Shown: positions 39,785 to 50,241 of the stretch, piece after piece
Position numbering within the stretch: position 1 is the first letter of the stretch
Layout: the number at the start of each line of letters is the position of its first letter
From: an uncultured delta proteobacterium
GTDB lineage: Bacteria > Desulfobacterota > Desulfobacteria > Desulfobacterales > UBA2156
Length of the DNA: 64,000 nucleotides
Assembly (NCBI GenBank): GCA_963736855.1
Contig: CAVTQK010000021.1
Span: 416,001-480,000 of the forward strand
Reading direction: 5' to 3'
The notes under the pieces: model-generated
Told to the model about the DNA's origin: nothing
Database searches by the model: none
The model's input: the letters and a program-made list of their open reading frames with translations, nothing else
Program-made: the position numbers and the translations under genes

Positions 39785-40534
39785 TCAGTCCTTCGGCACC
39801 GAAAACTCTTCTTCGATAATGATCTCCTCTTTTTTAGTCCAATATATCATCCTCTGGCAATGGGGACAATAGGCGATTTCGTCTTTTTGTTGGAGTTCGT
39901 TGTACATCTGAGGCGGGATATTCATATGGCATCCGTGACACACGGCATTTTTCGCTGCCGCCACTGCCACGTCCCCCACCCGTCCTTTGATCAACAGGTA
40001 TTCTTGCACCAAGTCCGCAGGGATTTTTCCAGAGATCTCTTGTCGGCTTTCAAGGATACTATCCAGTTGCTTTTCGACATCCTCCCTTTCAAGTGCTATC
40101 CTCGTTTTTTCTCTCTCGGCCTGGAGTTCGAACGAATGGCATTCCTCTGTTTTCGCTTTGAGTTCCGCTTCTTTCTTTTCAATATTTTCTAAATATTCCA
40201 GCATCACATCTTCCATAGACCAGATCTTATTTTTTTGATCATCGATCTCTTTAAGCATTGATTGGTACTCCCGGTTGGTCTTGACAGATCTCAATGAGAC
40301 CTCACTTTTTTGAAGACGGGCCTGAACCGTCTGAACATCCGATTCCATGGAGCGATACGCTTTACGCATTTCGTTGAGCGCATCTTTTGTCTTTTCTAAA
40401 ATTTCCTTTAAAGATATAAATTCCTCATCCAGGCGATTAAATTGCTGGGCTAACACCTTGAGTTTTTCTTGAGTCTTATGGATATGAATTTCAAGGTGTT
40501 GAAGTGTCAGGAGTATCTTCAATTGTTCGTTCAT
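39785..40534 (-). CDS. Coiled-coil protein with C4-type zinc ribbon (DUF164/CT398-like)
   Basis: Long coiled coil, KTNREYQ, CHGCHM.IPPQ...CPHCQR; usual position downstream of nif3. Confidence 0.9.
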   Translation of the reverse strand: MNEQLKILLTLQHLEIHIHKTQEKLKVLAQQFNRLDEEFISLKEILEKTKDALNEMRKAYRSMESDVQTVQARLQKSEVSLRSVKTNREYQSMLKEIDDQKNKIWSMEDVMLEYLENIEKKEAELKAKTEECHSFELQAEREKTRIALEREDVEKQLDSILESRQEISGKIPADLVQEYLLIKGRVGDVAVAAAKNAVCHGCHMNIPPQMYNELQQKDEIAYCPHCQRMIYWTKKEEIIIEEEFSVPKD

Positions 40535-40580
40535 TTTCCATCCGATCTGTGGTTTAAACACACATCTCTGTTCTTATCTT

Positions 40581-41387
40581 TCATAAAACGGTAAAAGGAT
40601 CGGTCTCCATAGGGCAATGCTGAACGATAACATCGAAATCATTTCGATGGATCGATTCCTGAAGGCGGCTTATCCACACCTCAATGAATAAATATTCGGA
40701 ATGAAAATGACCGATATCGATGAGACCTCGGCCGTAATCTTGAATCCGCCTGGCATCGTGATATTTGAGGTCTCCACTCACAAAGACATCGGCATCCGAG
40801 CCAAGAAATACGTCCAGAAGACCGGACCCGCTCCCTGCACACAGGGCTACCTTGTGGATTGCCATCTTCGGATCACCGGAAAACCGGATATGGGAAAGGC
40901 CCAGGTTTTTTTTGAGCATTTTCACATAGGCTTTGAGTAGTCGGGGAGTATCCAAAATACCCATCCGGGAATACCCGCCCTTTTCGCCATTTTGTTCCGC
41001 ATCCATGATGACCGGATCGCGCAATCCAAGCCTATCCGCCAATATATCATTGACCCCGCCTTTGATACGGTCCAGGTTGGTATGGGCTGAATAGACGGCG
41101 AGACGATGCCTGACCGTTTTTTCGAGAATATGACCGATGGGAGTTGCGAGGTCGAGGGTTTTGAGGGGTCTGAAAAGGAGCGGGTGGTGGGTGATAAGCA
41201 TGTCGATTCGGCTTTTCACGGCCTTGTCGATGACAGTCCTCGTTGCGTCCAAAGCCACCCAGATCTTGCGCACCGACCAGTCCCGGTCACCCACTTGAAG
41301 TCCCACATTATCCCATGTCTCTGCCAAGCCGGGAGGCGTTTCTTGTTCTATGAGACGGGCGATATCATGGACGGTAGCAGTCCTCAT
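40581..41387 (-). CDS. Nif3-like dinuclear metal center protein
   Basis: WDNVGLQVG, ITHHPL, SAHTNLD, GSG, GDLKYH and GHFHSE motifs. Confidence 0.93.
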   Translation of the reverse strand: MRTATVHDIARLIEQETPPGLAETWDNVGLQVGDRDWSVRKIWVALDATRTVIDKAVKSRIDMLITHHPLLFRPLKTLDLATPIGHILEKTVRHRLAVYSAHTNLDRIKGGVNDILADRLGLRDPVIMDAEQNGEKGGYSRMGILDTPRLLKAYVKMLKKNLGLSHIRFSGDPKMAIHKVALCAGSGSGLLDVFLGSDADVFVSGDLKYHDARRIQDYGRGLIDIGHFHSEYLFIEVWISRLQESIHRNDFDVIVQHCPMETDPFTVL

Positions 41388-41456
41388 GTCTGTTTCAGTG
41401 ACGGCTTTTTTCTTTGAAATATTCCCGGGTGTATTTTTTTGATCAGATATAAAAAA

Positions 41457-41529
41457 TGGGCCCACCTGGATTCGAACCAGGGACCGACCGGTTATGAGCC
41501 GGTGGCTCTACCAGCTGAGCTATGGGCCC
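41457..41529 (-). tRNA. tRNA-Ile2 (anticodon CAT, lysidine-modified type)
   Basis: GGGCCCATAGCTCAGCTGGTAGAGC...CTCATAA...GGTTCGAATCCAGGTGGGCCCA. Ile2 rather than Met is inferred from the acceptor stem and the position downstream of rpoD; CCA is not encoded. Confidence 0.88.
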
Positions 41530-41658
41530 ACGCCCTTGAATCGCTCTATCAATCTCAATTTCCGCAACTCGTTGCGGGGTTAGCGAGCGATTAACTTGGA
41601 TCAAAATCCATTACGGTCGAAGTTCTCTCGCTGCTTTGAGCAAAAAGTTTTAATTTGG

Positions 41659-41687
41659 TTCTTATCTTTGGATTCTCATCTTGTCAA
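41659..41687 (-). promoter_or_regulatory. Putative sigma70 promoter for tRNA-Ile2 and downstream genes
   Basis: Minus strand TTGACA-N17-TAAGAA, about 130 nt upstream of the tRNA. Confidence 0.45.
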
Positions 41688-41692
41688 TGATT

Positions 41693-41845
41693 GATGGCTT
41701 CGTAAAAAGTCCATCTGCTGCGTTGCACTGCATCCTTTGTCATTGCGGCGTACCCATATGTACGCCTCATTTCTCAGGATTTGCGCGCCTTGCATCTGAA
41801 GCTTTTTACTTTGCCATCCTAATTTTAAGTTTTTACGATTTCATC
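41693..41845. mobile_element. Miniature inverted-repeat transposable element (MITE-like), 153 bp
   Basis: Imperfect TIRs GATGGCTTCGTAAAAA and TTTTTACGATTTCATC, flanked by direct repeats AATGATT (41686-41692 and 41846-41852); no coding capacity. Confidence 0.8.
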
Positions 41846-42128
41846 AATGATTGGGTGAATTCAAACCGGGTGCGGTGCGTCTGGTTGCAGCAGCACTCTA
41901 TGGGTTGCTGCCATGCCCCTGTCTTCCACCTCTAACAGCTGAAAGATTGAAGAGCCTGTATCAAGCTGCGTGAAATTCTATAGCGCAAGGCTTTTCGATC
42001 CATTTCAAGATTCGTTTGTTAACCCAGCAGTCCCACCGCAGCAGAACGGGGAATGCGCCCGCCGTTGCAGTTTAAAGCACCCTCTCCATGGGTGGCCAGT
42101 GACCCCCGATGGTAAGGATAATCCGCGA

Positions 42129-43949
42129 TCAGTTTTCAATGAATCCCTTGAGCCGGCGACTCCGGGTTGGGTGCCGAAGCTTTCGGAGCGCTTTAGCTTC
42201 AATCTGACGGATCCGTTCCCGGGTGACGGCAAAATCCTGGCCGACTTCTTCCAGTGTATGATCGGCTTTTTCACCGATCCCGAAGCGCATTCTGAGAACT
42301 TTTTCCTCCCGGGGCGTGAGTGTTGCCAGGACCTTTCGAGTATGTTCTGCCAGGTTCAAATTTACCGCCGCTTCTGAAGGAAGAAGAAACTTTTTATCTT
42401 CAATGAAATCGCCTAGGTGGCTGTCCTCTTCTTCCCCAATGGGCGTTTCCAACGAAATCGGCTCCCGTGCGATCTTGAGAACCTTGCGGACCTTGTCGAT
42501 GGGGATTTCCATTTTTTCGGCAATCTCTTCGGGTGTGGGCTCCCTCCCGAGTTCCTGTACAAGGTACCGGGAAGTTCGGATCAGCTTGTTGATGGTCTCG
42601 ATCATGTGGACCGGGATGCGTATGGTTCTGGCCTGATCCGCAATGGCCCGAGTGATGGCCTGACGGATCCACCATGTAGCGTAGGTAGAAAATTTGTATC
42701 CCCGACGGTATTCAAATTTGTCCACCGCTTTCATCAGGCCAATATTTCCTTCTTGAATTAAATCCAGGAACTGGAGGCCCCGGTTTGTGTATTTCTTCGC
42801 GATACTGACTACCAGTCTTAAATTGGCCCTGGTCAGCTCGCTTTTGGCCATTTTGACCTTTTGGTGTCCTTCTTCGACCTTAACAATGATACGCTTGAGC
42901 GCATGCATGTCAGCCCAATTGGTCCTTTCCCGCGCCTGGATTTTTTCAAGGAGCCCCCTGGTATCGACAAAAAACCGGGTCAGTTCGACGACTTTCAGCG
43001 ATGTGCGGCTCCTTGCCCATTTCAGGAATTCGGTTTTAGACCTGAACTTATCGCAAAGGCCGGTGATCGAAATGTTCATGGACGACGCTCGCTCGGACAG
43101 TTCATCATTTAAGGCCCTAAGTTCATCGATCTCTTTACGTATATCCTCTTCGATGCCCTCCATCACCGATCCTTCAAGACGCCAGTCCTTGAGAAAATCG
43201 AGAATCTTCAGGTTGCGACGATTGATATTTTTTCGAATCGCCCGTTTTTCGCTTTGGGGAAACAGGGGTGAAAAGAGCTGCTCCCTGAATTCCAGGTTCT
43301 CCTCATCAATTTTTCGAACCTCGTGGATGGTTTTCACGAACCCTTCGATTTTTACAGCCTCATCCACATAGGCATCGCCCTCATCAATGTCTCTGAGAAC
43401 GTGTTTGGGGCGGATTAGGCCGTTTTCGATTTGTTCTCCGAGGCCAAGAATTCGATCTACGCCGATCTGGGTTTCCAGTAGGCATCTCAATACTTCTTGC
43501 TCTCCCTGTTCTATTTTTTTAGCGATTTCCACTTCACCTTCACGGGTCAGGAGGGTAACCATTCCCATTTCCCGCAAGTACATCTTGACGGGATCTGTAA
43601 TCCCTCCCAGTTCCGAAGCGAATTCAGGATCGGGAATGCTTTTGCTTCTAACGTCCTGTAGATTATTTATCGATTTAGGCTCTTCTTTGTCCAGCACTTC
43701 GATGTCGAGATCGTTATGCATCACTTCCTGCTCTTCTGCTTGTTCCCGGGAAAAGCGGTTTTGCCTCAGCACTTTTTTTTCTTGTTCCGCGTTTAGGGAG
43801 CCTTTCTTTTGCCCCTTTACTAAAATTGGCCGAAACGATTTCGTGCCTGCGGAGGCCGCCTTAGTATCTTGGGTTCCGTTCATGGCCTGAGTTTCGGTTT
43901 TTTTCATTGTTTTCAATTTGTTTTTCCATTTATTCTGCTTTTTAGGCAT
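42129..43949 (-). CDS. rpoD: RNA polymerase primary sigma factor RpoD
   Basis: [46 protein letters not shown]...[10 protein letters not shown]. Confidence 0.98.
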   Translation of the reverse strand: MPKKQNKWKNKLKTMKKTETQAMNGTQDTKAASAGTKSFRPILVKGQKKGSLNAEQEKKVLRQNRFSREQAEEQEVMHNDLDIEVLDKEEPKSINNLQDVRSKSIPDPEFASELGGITDPVKMYLREMGMVTLLTREGEVEIAKKIEQGEQEVLRCLLETQIGVDRILGLGEQIENGLIRPKHVLRDIDEGDAYVDEAVKIEGFVKTIHEVRKIDEENLEFREQLFSPLFPQSEKRAIRKNINRRNLKILDFLKDWRLEGSVMEGIEEDIRKEIDELRALNDELSERASSMNISITGLCDKFRSKTEFLKWARSRTSLKVVELTRFFVDTRGLLEKIQARERTNWADMHALKRIIVKVEEGHQKVKMAKSELTRANLRLVVSIAKKYTNRGLQFLDLIQEGNIGLMKAVDKFEYRRGYKFSTYATWWIRQAITRAIADQARTIRIPVHMIETINKLIRTSRYLVQELGREPTPEEIAEKMEIPIDKVRKVLKIAREPISLETPIGEEEDSHLGDFIEDKKFLLPSEAAVNLNLAEHTRKVLATLTPREEKVLRMRFGIGEKADHTLEEVGQDFAVTRERIRQIEAKALRKLRHPTRSRRLKGFIEN

Positions 43950-43972
43950 AGCCGATGACCTCCCTTAAGGGA

Positions 43973-45766
43973 TTAATCCCGCTTTTGAATCATCCTCTGT
44001 TTTTCTTTCAAAAGGTTCGTCAGAAGGGCATGATCGTTCTCTTTTTGTGCGGCATGAATCCGTGCATTCAAGTCAGCCCTTTCGGGGCGGTGGCAATGGA
44101 ATTCAAATTGCCGGATCAGTTTCAAACATCCCTCAGTATTCCAGGAATCTTCTCCGGCAGCCAGGTGAACGATGCGTTTCCCCGTTTCCGGATCTTTGCC
44201 CATGGAAACAACCTCAGGAATCAATGCCTCGGGTGTGCCTGAATAGCTTAGAATCAGCTGACCGATATCCTTTAGGGCAGAGTCCGAAAATCGTTCCACG
44301 ATCCTGCGCGTTCGAATTTCGGGTATCATGACTGGATATTGTAGCATCATGGTGAGGATTTTCTTTTCGAAACGAACTGGCTGATCCGTTGAAAAGACAT
44401 TATCGGTGGGCCCACCTTGTTGAAAATCGTCTCCAAAGGTCTCCTTGGCTCCACTCTTATGCATTATGCGGAGCACTCTTTGAAAAAGCAAATTCTCTTC
44501 AATCCCAATCCCTTCGGCAGCGGCTTTCACGAATATAGACCGGTTGATCTCATCGTCAATGGAAGCCAGAGTGTTTTCCAGGTCGGATACAATGCGGCTT
44601 TTCCCTGAAGGGGTAAGTCCGTGCCGTATCTTTGCAGATTCGATTAAAAAGGACATGGCCGGCAATGATCGAGCCACCAGATCGGAAAACGTTTCCGGAC
44701 CTTTTTCTCGGACGAATACATCCGGGTCCTTCCCGTCTGGAAGCCTGACGATGCGAGCAGTCACGTTTTCACGGATAAGAATCGGAATAATCCGTTCGAC
44801 GGCTTTAATTCCCGCCACGTCCGGATCGAATACAAAGTAAAAAGTCTGGGCAAATCCTTTCAAGAGCCTGATGTGATCCGGCGTTACCCCGGTCCCCAGC
44901 GTGGCTACAGTATTCTCTATGCCATGCTGATGGAGCGCAATGACATCAAAATACCCCTCCACGATAATCACCGAATCGGACTCCCGGCACGCTTTCCTCG
45001 CTCGATCCAAGCCATACAGCGAACGGCCCTTCTGGAAGGTCGATGTTTCCGGTGAATTGAGGTATTTAGGAAGGGAATCGTCCAGGACACGCCCTCCGAA
45101 TCCGATCACCTGGCCTCCCAAATCCCGGATGGGGAAAAGAATCCGCTCCCTGAAGCGGTCGTAGCCTCCGCCTCCTTTTTTCCTGGGGATGACGAGACCC
45201 GATTTAAAAGCCGTATCCGCCGGGATGCGTTTCCGATTCAAATGCTCGGCAAAATGGTCCCATCCCTTGGGCGCATATCCGATCTGAAACGCTTCCAAAG
45301 TGGCATCGTTGATGCCTCGTTCATCGAGGTATACCCTTCCGACCTCCCCGTTTAATTCGTTCAAAAGGATCGTGTGGTAATACTCCATGGCCATTTGGTT
45401 GATTTCAAGGATGAGCTCTCGGTCGGTTCTGACATATTGCTGTCTGGACGAAGCCGTCCTTTCGGGCAGGGAAATACCATATCGCTTTGCCAAGGCAGTG
45501 GTTGCTTCAAAAAATGAGGTTCCTTGATATTTCATCAGAAAGGTGAGGATGTTGCCGCCCTCACCACAGCCGAAACAGTAAAAAATCTGCTTTTCGGGGC
45601 TGACTGTGAATGAAGGGGTTTTTTCAGCGTGAAACGGGCAGAGCCCGATGAAATTCCTCCCCGCCCTTTTCAGAATCACCACTTCGGAAATCACCTCAAC
45701 AATGTCGGATGCGCTTCTGATCTCCGAGATCTTCTCGTCTGGAATCCACCCGGTCAAGAAGGGCAC
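43973..45766 (-). CDS. dnaG: DNA primase
   Basis: CPFHAEKTPSF...CFGC zinc finger, DRFRER, FGGR, KYLNSPET, VEGYFDV and TOPRIM DPD motifs. Confidence 0.97.
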   Translation of the reverse strand: MPFLTGWIPDEKISEIRSASDIVEVISEVVILKRAGRNFIGLCPFHAEKTPSFTVSPEKQIFYCFGCGEGGNILTFLMKYQGTSFFEATTALAKRYGISLPERTASSRQQYVRTDRELILEINQMAMEYYHTILLNELNGEVGRVYLDERGINDATLEAFQIGYAPKGWDHFAEHLNRKRIPADTAFKSGLVIPRKKGGGGYDRFRERILFPIRDLGGQVIGFGGRVLDDSLPKYLNSPETSTFQKGRSLYGLDRARKACRESDSVIIVEGYFDVIALHQHGIENTVATLGTGVTPDHIRLLKGFAQTFYFVFDPDVAGIKAVERIIPILIRENVTARIVRLPDGKDPDVFVREKGPETFSDLVARSLPAMSFLIESAKIRHGLTPSGKSRIVSDLENTLASIDDEINRSIFVKAAAEGIGIEENLLFQRVLRIMHKSGAKETFGDDFQQGGPTDNVFSTDQPVRFEKKILTMMLQYPVMIPEIRTRRIVERFSDSALKDIGQLILSYSGTPEALIPEVVSMGKDPETGKRIVHLAAGEDSWNTEGCLKLIRQFEFHCHRPERADLNARIHAAQKENDHALLTNLLKEKQRMIQKRD

Positions 45767-45908
45767 CCTCCACGATTTTGCAAGGGTATTGACGGTTATG
45801 GGAAGGACCTGTCAGGATTGACTGAATACGACCGCTCGTTTTTATCATCAGTAAGAGGCAATCGAACGGATAATGACCATACTTTATGATTTGATTTCAA
45901 ACCTTTTT

Positions 45909-45937
45909 AATATAAACGCTCAATAATTATTTGTCAA
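45909..45937 (-). promoter_or_regulatory. Sigma70 promoter for dnaG-rpoD
   Basis: Minus strand TTGACA-N17-TATATT in an AT-rich intergenic region. Confidence 0.72.
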
Positions 45938-46007
45938 TAGTTTTTTATCATGCTCCTTTCTTTTTTAACGGGTCATCTGGAAATAAATCGATTGTAAGAG
46001 GTTATTT

Positions 46008-46742
46008 TTATCGTGAAACACGACTGGCGATTTGGATCGCCTCTTTCAGGTCAAAGCGATTACTATAGAGCGCCTTGCCGGTAATAACACCCACCACGCC
46101 GACTGCTTCAAGGGGAAGAAGGTTTCGAATGTCATCCAAGGATGAAACGCCGCCCGAAGCGATGACCGGGGTTGATACGGCTGATGCAAAATTACTCGTG
46201 GCTTCGATATTGGGTCCGGTTTGCATGCCATCTCGAAGGATGTCGGTAAAGATAATCGCGGCCAGTTCCAACCCTTCGAATCGCTTGGCTAGATCCGCCG
46301 CCCGCATTCGGGTGGTCTGGGTCCATCCGTCCACTGCAACCCATCCTTCTCTGGCGTCGATTCCCACGGCTATTCTATTCGGATATTTCGCCGCTGCTCG
46401 TTCGACTATTTCCGGATCAGAAAGTGCCGTCGTTCCGATGATGACCCGCTCAACTCCCATGTCCAGGAACTTCTGAATACTTTCCGCGCCCCGGATCCCT
46501 CCTCCCACCTGGATCGGGGTGTTGACTTTTTCGATGATGCGTCGAATAGTGGAATGATTGACGGGACGCTTTTCAAAAGCGCCATCCAAATCCACGACAT
46601 GGAGGATCTCAGCTCCTTTTTCAGCCCATCTTTCAGCCATTTGCACCGGATCGTCTGAAAAGACCGTTTCATGTTCCCGACGACCCTGTTTGAGTCGGAC
46701 ACACTTGCCCCCTCGAATATCGATTGCTGGAATCACGATCAT
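46008..46742 (-). CDS. hisA: ProFAR isomerase HisA
   Basis: IPAIDIRGGKCVRLKQG, HVVDLDGA, QVGGGIR, TDILRDG and IASGGV motifs. Confidence 0.96.
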   Translation of the reverse strand: MIVIPAIDIRGGKCVRLKQGRREHETVFSDDPVQMAERWAEKGAEILHVVDLDGAFEKRPVNHSTIRRIIEKVNTPIQVGGGIRGAESIQKFLDMGVERVIIGTTALSDPEIVERAAAKYPNRIAVGIDAREGWVAVDGWTQTTRMRAADLAKRFEGLELAAIIFTDILRDGMQTGPNIEATSNFASAVSTPVIASGGVSSLDDIRNLLPLEAVGVVGVITGKALYSNRFDLKEAIQIASRVSR

Positions 46743-46776
46743 ATTCATGAAATTCCATGGGCTTGCGGCGAAACGG

Positions 46777-47364
46777 TTACAAGAGCCCCTTGGTGGAACG
46801 GACTTGGCGGATGCGTTCATCCAGCGACGTTGCCCTGCCGAGAGCCCGTCCCGCCCCTTTGAAGATGGATTCGATGATGTGGTGATGATTTTCGCCATAT
46901 GGAACATGAATATGGAGATTCATTCCTCCCCGAGTGGCCAACGCCCGAAAAAATTCCTTGGCCAGGGAGAGGTCGAATCCGCTTGTCCCCGCTACGGTTA
47001 CATCAACTTTGAAGACCAGAAACGGACGGTTGGAGAGGTCCATCGTCACCGCACTCAGGGCTTCGTCCATCGGTGTGACGGCATGTCCGAATCGACGAAT
47101 CCCTTTTCGGTCCGCCAGGGACTCCCGAAGCGCATCTCCGAGCACAAGCCCCACATCTTCGACGGTGTGATGGAAATCCACTTCGATGTCCCCCGATGCC
47201 TTAATGGAAAGATCGAAAAAGCCATGAACCGTAAACAGGGAAAGCATATGATTGAAAAACGGGATGGGAGTATCGATATGGGCTTTGCCGCTTCCATCCA
47301 GATCCAATCTGACCTGGATCTGGGTTTCTCCGGTTTTGCGACTGATGTCGGCGGATCGTTTCAT
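46777..47364 (-). CDS. hisB: Imidazoleglycerol-phosphate dehydratase
   Basis: RKTGET, FFNHML, DFHHTVEDVG, PMDEAL, GENHHHIIE and STKG motifs. Confidence 0.96.
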   Translation of the reverse strand: MKRSADISRKTGETQIQVRLDLDGSGKAHIDTPIPFFNHMLSLFTVHGFFDLSIKASGDIEVDFHHTVEDVGLVLGDALRESLADRKGIRRFGHAVTPMDEALSAVTMDLSNRPFLVFKVDVTVAGTSGFDLSLAKEFFRALATRGGMNLHIHVPYGENHHHIIESIFKGAGRALGRATSLDERIRQVRSTKGLL

Positions 47365-47437
47365 TTTTCAGGCTTCTTGCAACGGTGATGCGCATTCAGG
47401 CATTTGGCCACCATATGATACATTCTAAACAAAAAAG

Positions 47438-47510
47438 TGGAGATGAGGGGGATCGAACCCCTGACCTCGGCATTGCGAACGCCGCGCTCTCCCAGCTGAG
47501 CTACATCCCC
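47438..47510 (-). tRNA. tRNA-Ala (anticodon CGC)
   Basis: GGGGATGTAGCTCAGCTGGGAGAGC...TTCGCAA...GGTTCGATCCCC..TCTCCA with the G3:U70 alanine identity pair. Confidence 0.95.
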
Positions 47511-47523
47511 ATTCAGGCTGGCT

Positions 47524-47552
47524 TGTATAACATGCGGTTCCAAGCGGGTCAA
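47524..47552 (-). promoter_or_regulatory. Putative sigma70 promoter for tRNA-Ala-hisB-hisA
   Basis: Minus strand TTGACC-N17 (ending TGT)-TATACA, just upstream of the tRNA. Confidence 0.55.
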
Positions 47553-47659
47553 CGAAAAAAAGCCTTGTATTGCATACCGTGAAAATATAATACCATCCGG
47601 ACACGGCTTCCATCATCCAATGGAAATATGGGCAGCACATCTTTTTCAGGAAATTTTCC

Positions 47660-49417
47660 ATGCAGTTACGAAACCGCTTTCTCAAAGACGCTATCAAGGG
47701 ATTTACGTTAGACCAGGATAAATTGTTGCCTCCCCAAGAAACGGTCCGGCACGTCAAAGAAAAAATGAAGGCCATCGGATTGAAAATCCTCGAGAAAACG
47801 GCACGGATCGATAACGGCCGGCTGGGAATCCCCGTCTTTTTCAGCATCTGTGGTCATGACGCCGAAGCCGTGACCGGAACCCGAAAACAAATGGGAAAAG
47901 GTGCCACCCCGGAGCAGGCCGAGGCCAGTGCGGTAATGGAGCTGGTGGAACGGTTCAGCTTCTTCAGTTTCATGAAAAACGAGGCCAACTTTTCAGTTCA
48001 AAGTCTTTCCACCCTTAAAAAAGAAGCTATCCCGTTTTCTCTGATCGCAAAGAGTGTTCACGATGAAAGCGACGAACTTGAAATCGGACTCCGCTTATTT
48101 GAATCCCTCCCCTTAAAATGGACAAGCGCTTACAATCTCACCCGGGGAGAAACCTGCCAGGTCCCTTTCGATTGGTTCTATGCCATCAATGCGTTCAACG
48201 GTCCTTCAGCCGGAAACTGTGCGGAAGAAGCCATCTGCCAGGGCATCTGTGAGGTGGTGGAACGCCATGTCTCGGCATTGGTGAGCCGAGACGCCACGCC
48301 GGTGCCGATACTGTCGACGAAAAGCGTCACGGATCCGACTGTCCTGGAGATGCTGGCAAAGTATGACCGGATCGGTGTGAAACTTTTTATTTCCGATTTT
48401 ACCCTCGACATGGGAATTCCTACCATAGGGGTTTTGGCCATGGATCCGGAGACATTTCCGGAAAAAAGCGAGATTGTCTGGACAGCCGGCACCACGCCGA
48501 ACCCTCAGAAGGCTCTGAGCCGGGCGCTTACCGAAGTGGCCCAGCTAGCCGGCGATTTCAACACATCGTCCAACTATGTGGCCAGCGGTCTCCCTAAACC
48601 CAGAAGCCTCGAAGAAATCCCGTTTATCACTCACGCACCGGCCATATTGGAGGTTTCTCAGCTGCCGGACCTTTCGGACACAAACCTTAAAGTCGAGGTG
48701 ATGCGATGTGTTGAGGCCCTGTCGCAAAAACAGATGGACGTGCTCGTCATCGACACTACCCACACGTTGTTGAAGATTCCCGCTTTTTACACGATCATCC
48801 CCGGCGCCCACTTCAGGGAACGGGCTGTTGGAGGCAGCGTGGGGATGTTCTGCGCCAAGCTTTTGACCGAAAACCTCCCCCCTGGGCAGGCAATCATTGA
48901 GCTGAACCGGATGGCCGAAAAACTTCCTCTAAAGCATTACATCCAATTCTACCTGGGATCCTGTCACCTGACTTTGAATGATCCGGAAAGGGCGTTAACC
49001 CACTTTCGACGCGCCCTCGACCTGGCCCCTGACGCTGAGGACTTATGCAGTATTTATGCCTTTATGGGGGTCTGCCTCAAAGATTTAGGTCGATATCGGG
49101 AAGCCATCGGCGCCCTTCAGGAAGGGATAGGCCATGATACCGAACGAACGGATCTGCACAATCTTTTGGGATTTTGCCACTTCAAACTTAAGGAGCATGA
49201 AACGGCGATCCGGCATTTCAAAGAGGTAATAAGACTGGATCCCACATCGGCCATCGATTATGCGAATATAGCGTCCAACTACTTGGAGATGAAAGAAAAA
49301 AAGAAAGCCATCCGATATTATGAAATGGCATTGGAGTTGGATCCGAGCATCGAATTTGCCCGGGCAAATCTCAAACGACTCAAGGCGGAACCGGTTTCAT
49401 CGGCAACGCCAAAATGA
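47660..49417 (+). CDS. YcaO-family protein with C-terminal TPR repeats
   Basis: RLGIPVF, GKGAT..QA.ASAVMELVER, NGPSAGN..EEA..QG.CEVVER and RALTEVAQ YcaO ATP/Mg motifs; about four TPRs at the C-terminus. Confidence 0.9.
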   Translation: MQLRNRFLKDAIKGFTLDQDKLLPPQETVRHVKEKMKAIGLKILEKTARIDNGRLGIPVFFSICGHDAEAVTGTRKQMGKGATPEQAEASAVMELVERFSFFSFMKNEANFSVQSLSTLKKEAIPFSLIAKSVHDESDELEIGLRLFESLPLKWTSAYNLTRGETCQVPFDWFYAINAFNGPSAGNCAEEAICQGICEVVERHVSALVSRDATPVPILSTKSVTDPTVLEMLAKYDRIGVKLFISDFTLDMGIPTIGVLAMDPETFPEKSEIVWTAGTTPNPQKALSRALTEVAQLAGDFNTSSNYVASGLPKPRSLEEIPFITHAPAILEVSQLPDLSDTNLKVEVMRCVEALSQKQMDVLVIDTTHTLLKIPAFYTIIPGAHFRERAVGGSVGMFCAKLLTENLPPGQAIIELNRMAEKLPLKHYIQFYLGSCHLTLNDPERALTHFRRALDLAPDAEDLCSIYAFMGVCLKDLGRYREAIGALQEGIGHDTERTDLHNLLGFCHFKLKEHETAIRHFKEVIRLDPTSAIDYANIASNYLEMKEKKKAIRYYEMALELDPSIEFARANLKRLKAEPVSSATPK

Positions 49418-49438
49418 GGAGTAAATCTCCGTTTCCCG

Positions 49439-50230
49439 TCAGGTCTTTTTTTCCAAGAGCTCTTGCGCCAATTGCATGAAATCGATGGAGCCGAAGCTGC
49501 CTTTACGATAAAAAAGGACAGGCTTGCCAGAAAGAGCGCTGTCTGCGATAGTGGTGTTGACCCTGATTTGTGAATTGAAAAGCAGGGGGCCGTATCGGGG
49601 ATCCTCTTTCAATTTCTCCACGATGCGGTGGCTGACCCGGGTCCGGGCATCGAAAAAAGTCGCCACGATTCCAGTAATCGAAAGTTCCGGGTTGATCTCC
49701 TGCCCAATGGCTGAAACCGTGTCGAAAAGCTCCTCTAGAGCCTCATAGGAATACGGATGAGTCTGGCAGGGAACCAGGATTTCCCGAGCGCATGCGAACA
49801 CATTAACTGTCAAAAGGGAAAGGCTCGGAGGCGTATCGATGAGAATGAAATCGTAGGATTCCGTCAGGCCTTCCAGGGCCTCTTTCAATCGGTATTCCCG
49901 CCCTTTGATATCCACCAGTTCCACTTCGGCACCGGCAAGATCCACTGTGGAAGGGATTAAATCCAGTCGATCCCATCGGGTTTTTATAGCCCGCTCCCGT
50001 GTTGAGCGGATCGCCGGATCCTTCATGAGGTCGTAGACCGTGGTCATCCCTTCCGGGATGCTCACCCCCAAACCTCGAGTGGCGTTGGCCTGGGGATCGG
50101 CATCCACAACGAGGATCCTTTTTCCTTTCAAGGAAAGTGCGGCACCCAGGTTAATGGTCATCACCGTCTTTCCCACACCTCCTTTTTCATTTGCGATGGC
50201 AATCGTCCGGCAATCGTGAGTACCTACCAT
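49439..50230 (-). CDS. ParA/Soj family ATPase
   Basis: NEKGGVGKT deviant Walker A, DADPQANAT and IDTPPSL motifs. Confidence 0.92.
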   Translation of the reverse strand: MVGTHDCRTIAIANEKGGVGKTVMTINLGAALSLKGKRILVVDADPQANATRGLGVSIPEGMTTVYDLMKDPAIRSTRERAIKTRWDRLDLIPSTVDLAGAEVELVDIKGREYRLKEALEGLTESYDFILIDTPPSLSLLTVNVFACAREILVPCQTHPYSYEALEELFDTVSAIGQEINPELSITGIVATFFDARTRVSHRIVEKLKEDPRYGPLLFNSQIRVNTTIADSALSGKPVLFYRKGSFGSIDFMQLAQELLEKKT

Positions 50231-50241
50231 GCGCCCTCCTT

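Noticed and set aside
40670..40678. DnaA-box-like TTATCCACA
   Set aside because: A single copy inside the nif3 coding sequence, with no cluster or dnaA nearby.
41853..42128. Possible ncRNA or small ORF downstream of rpoD
   Set aside because: No RNA family motif or credible ORF recognised; a covariance-model search would be needed.
46008..47364. hisH absent between hisB and hisA
   Set aside because: Dispersed his genes are common; the gap is only about 30 nt with no remnant, so this is not evidence of loss.
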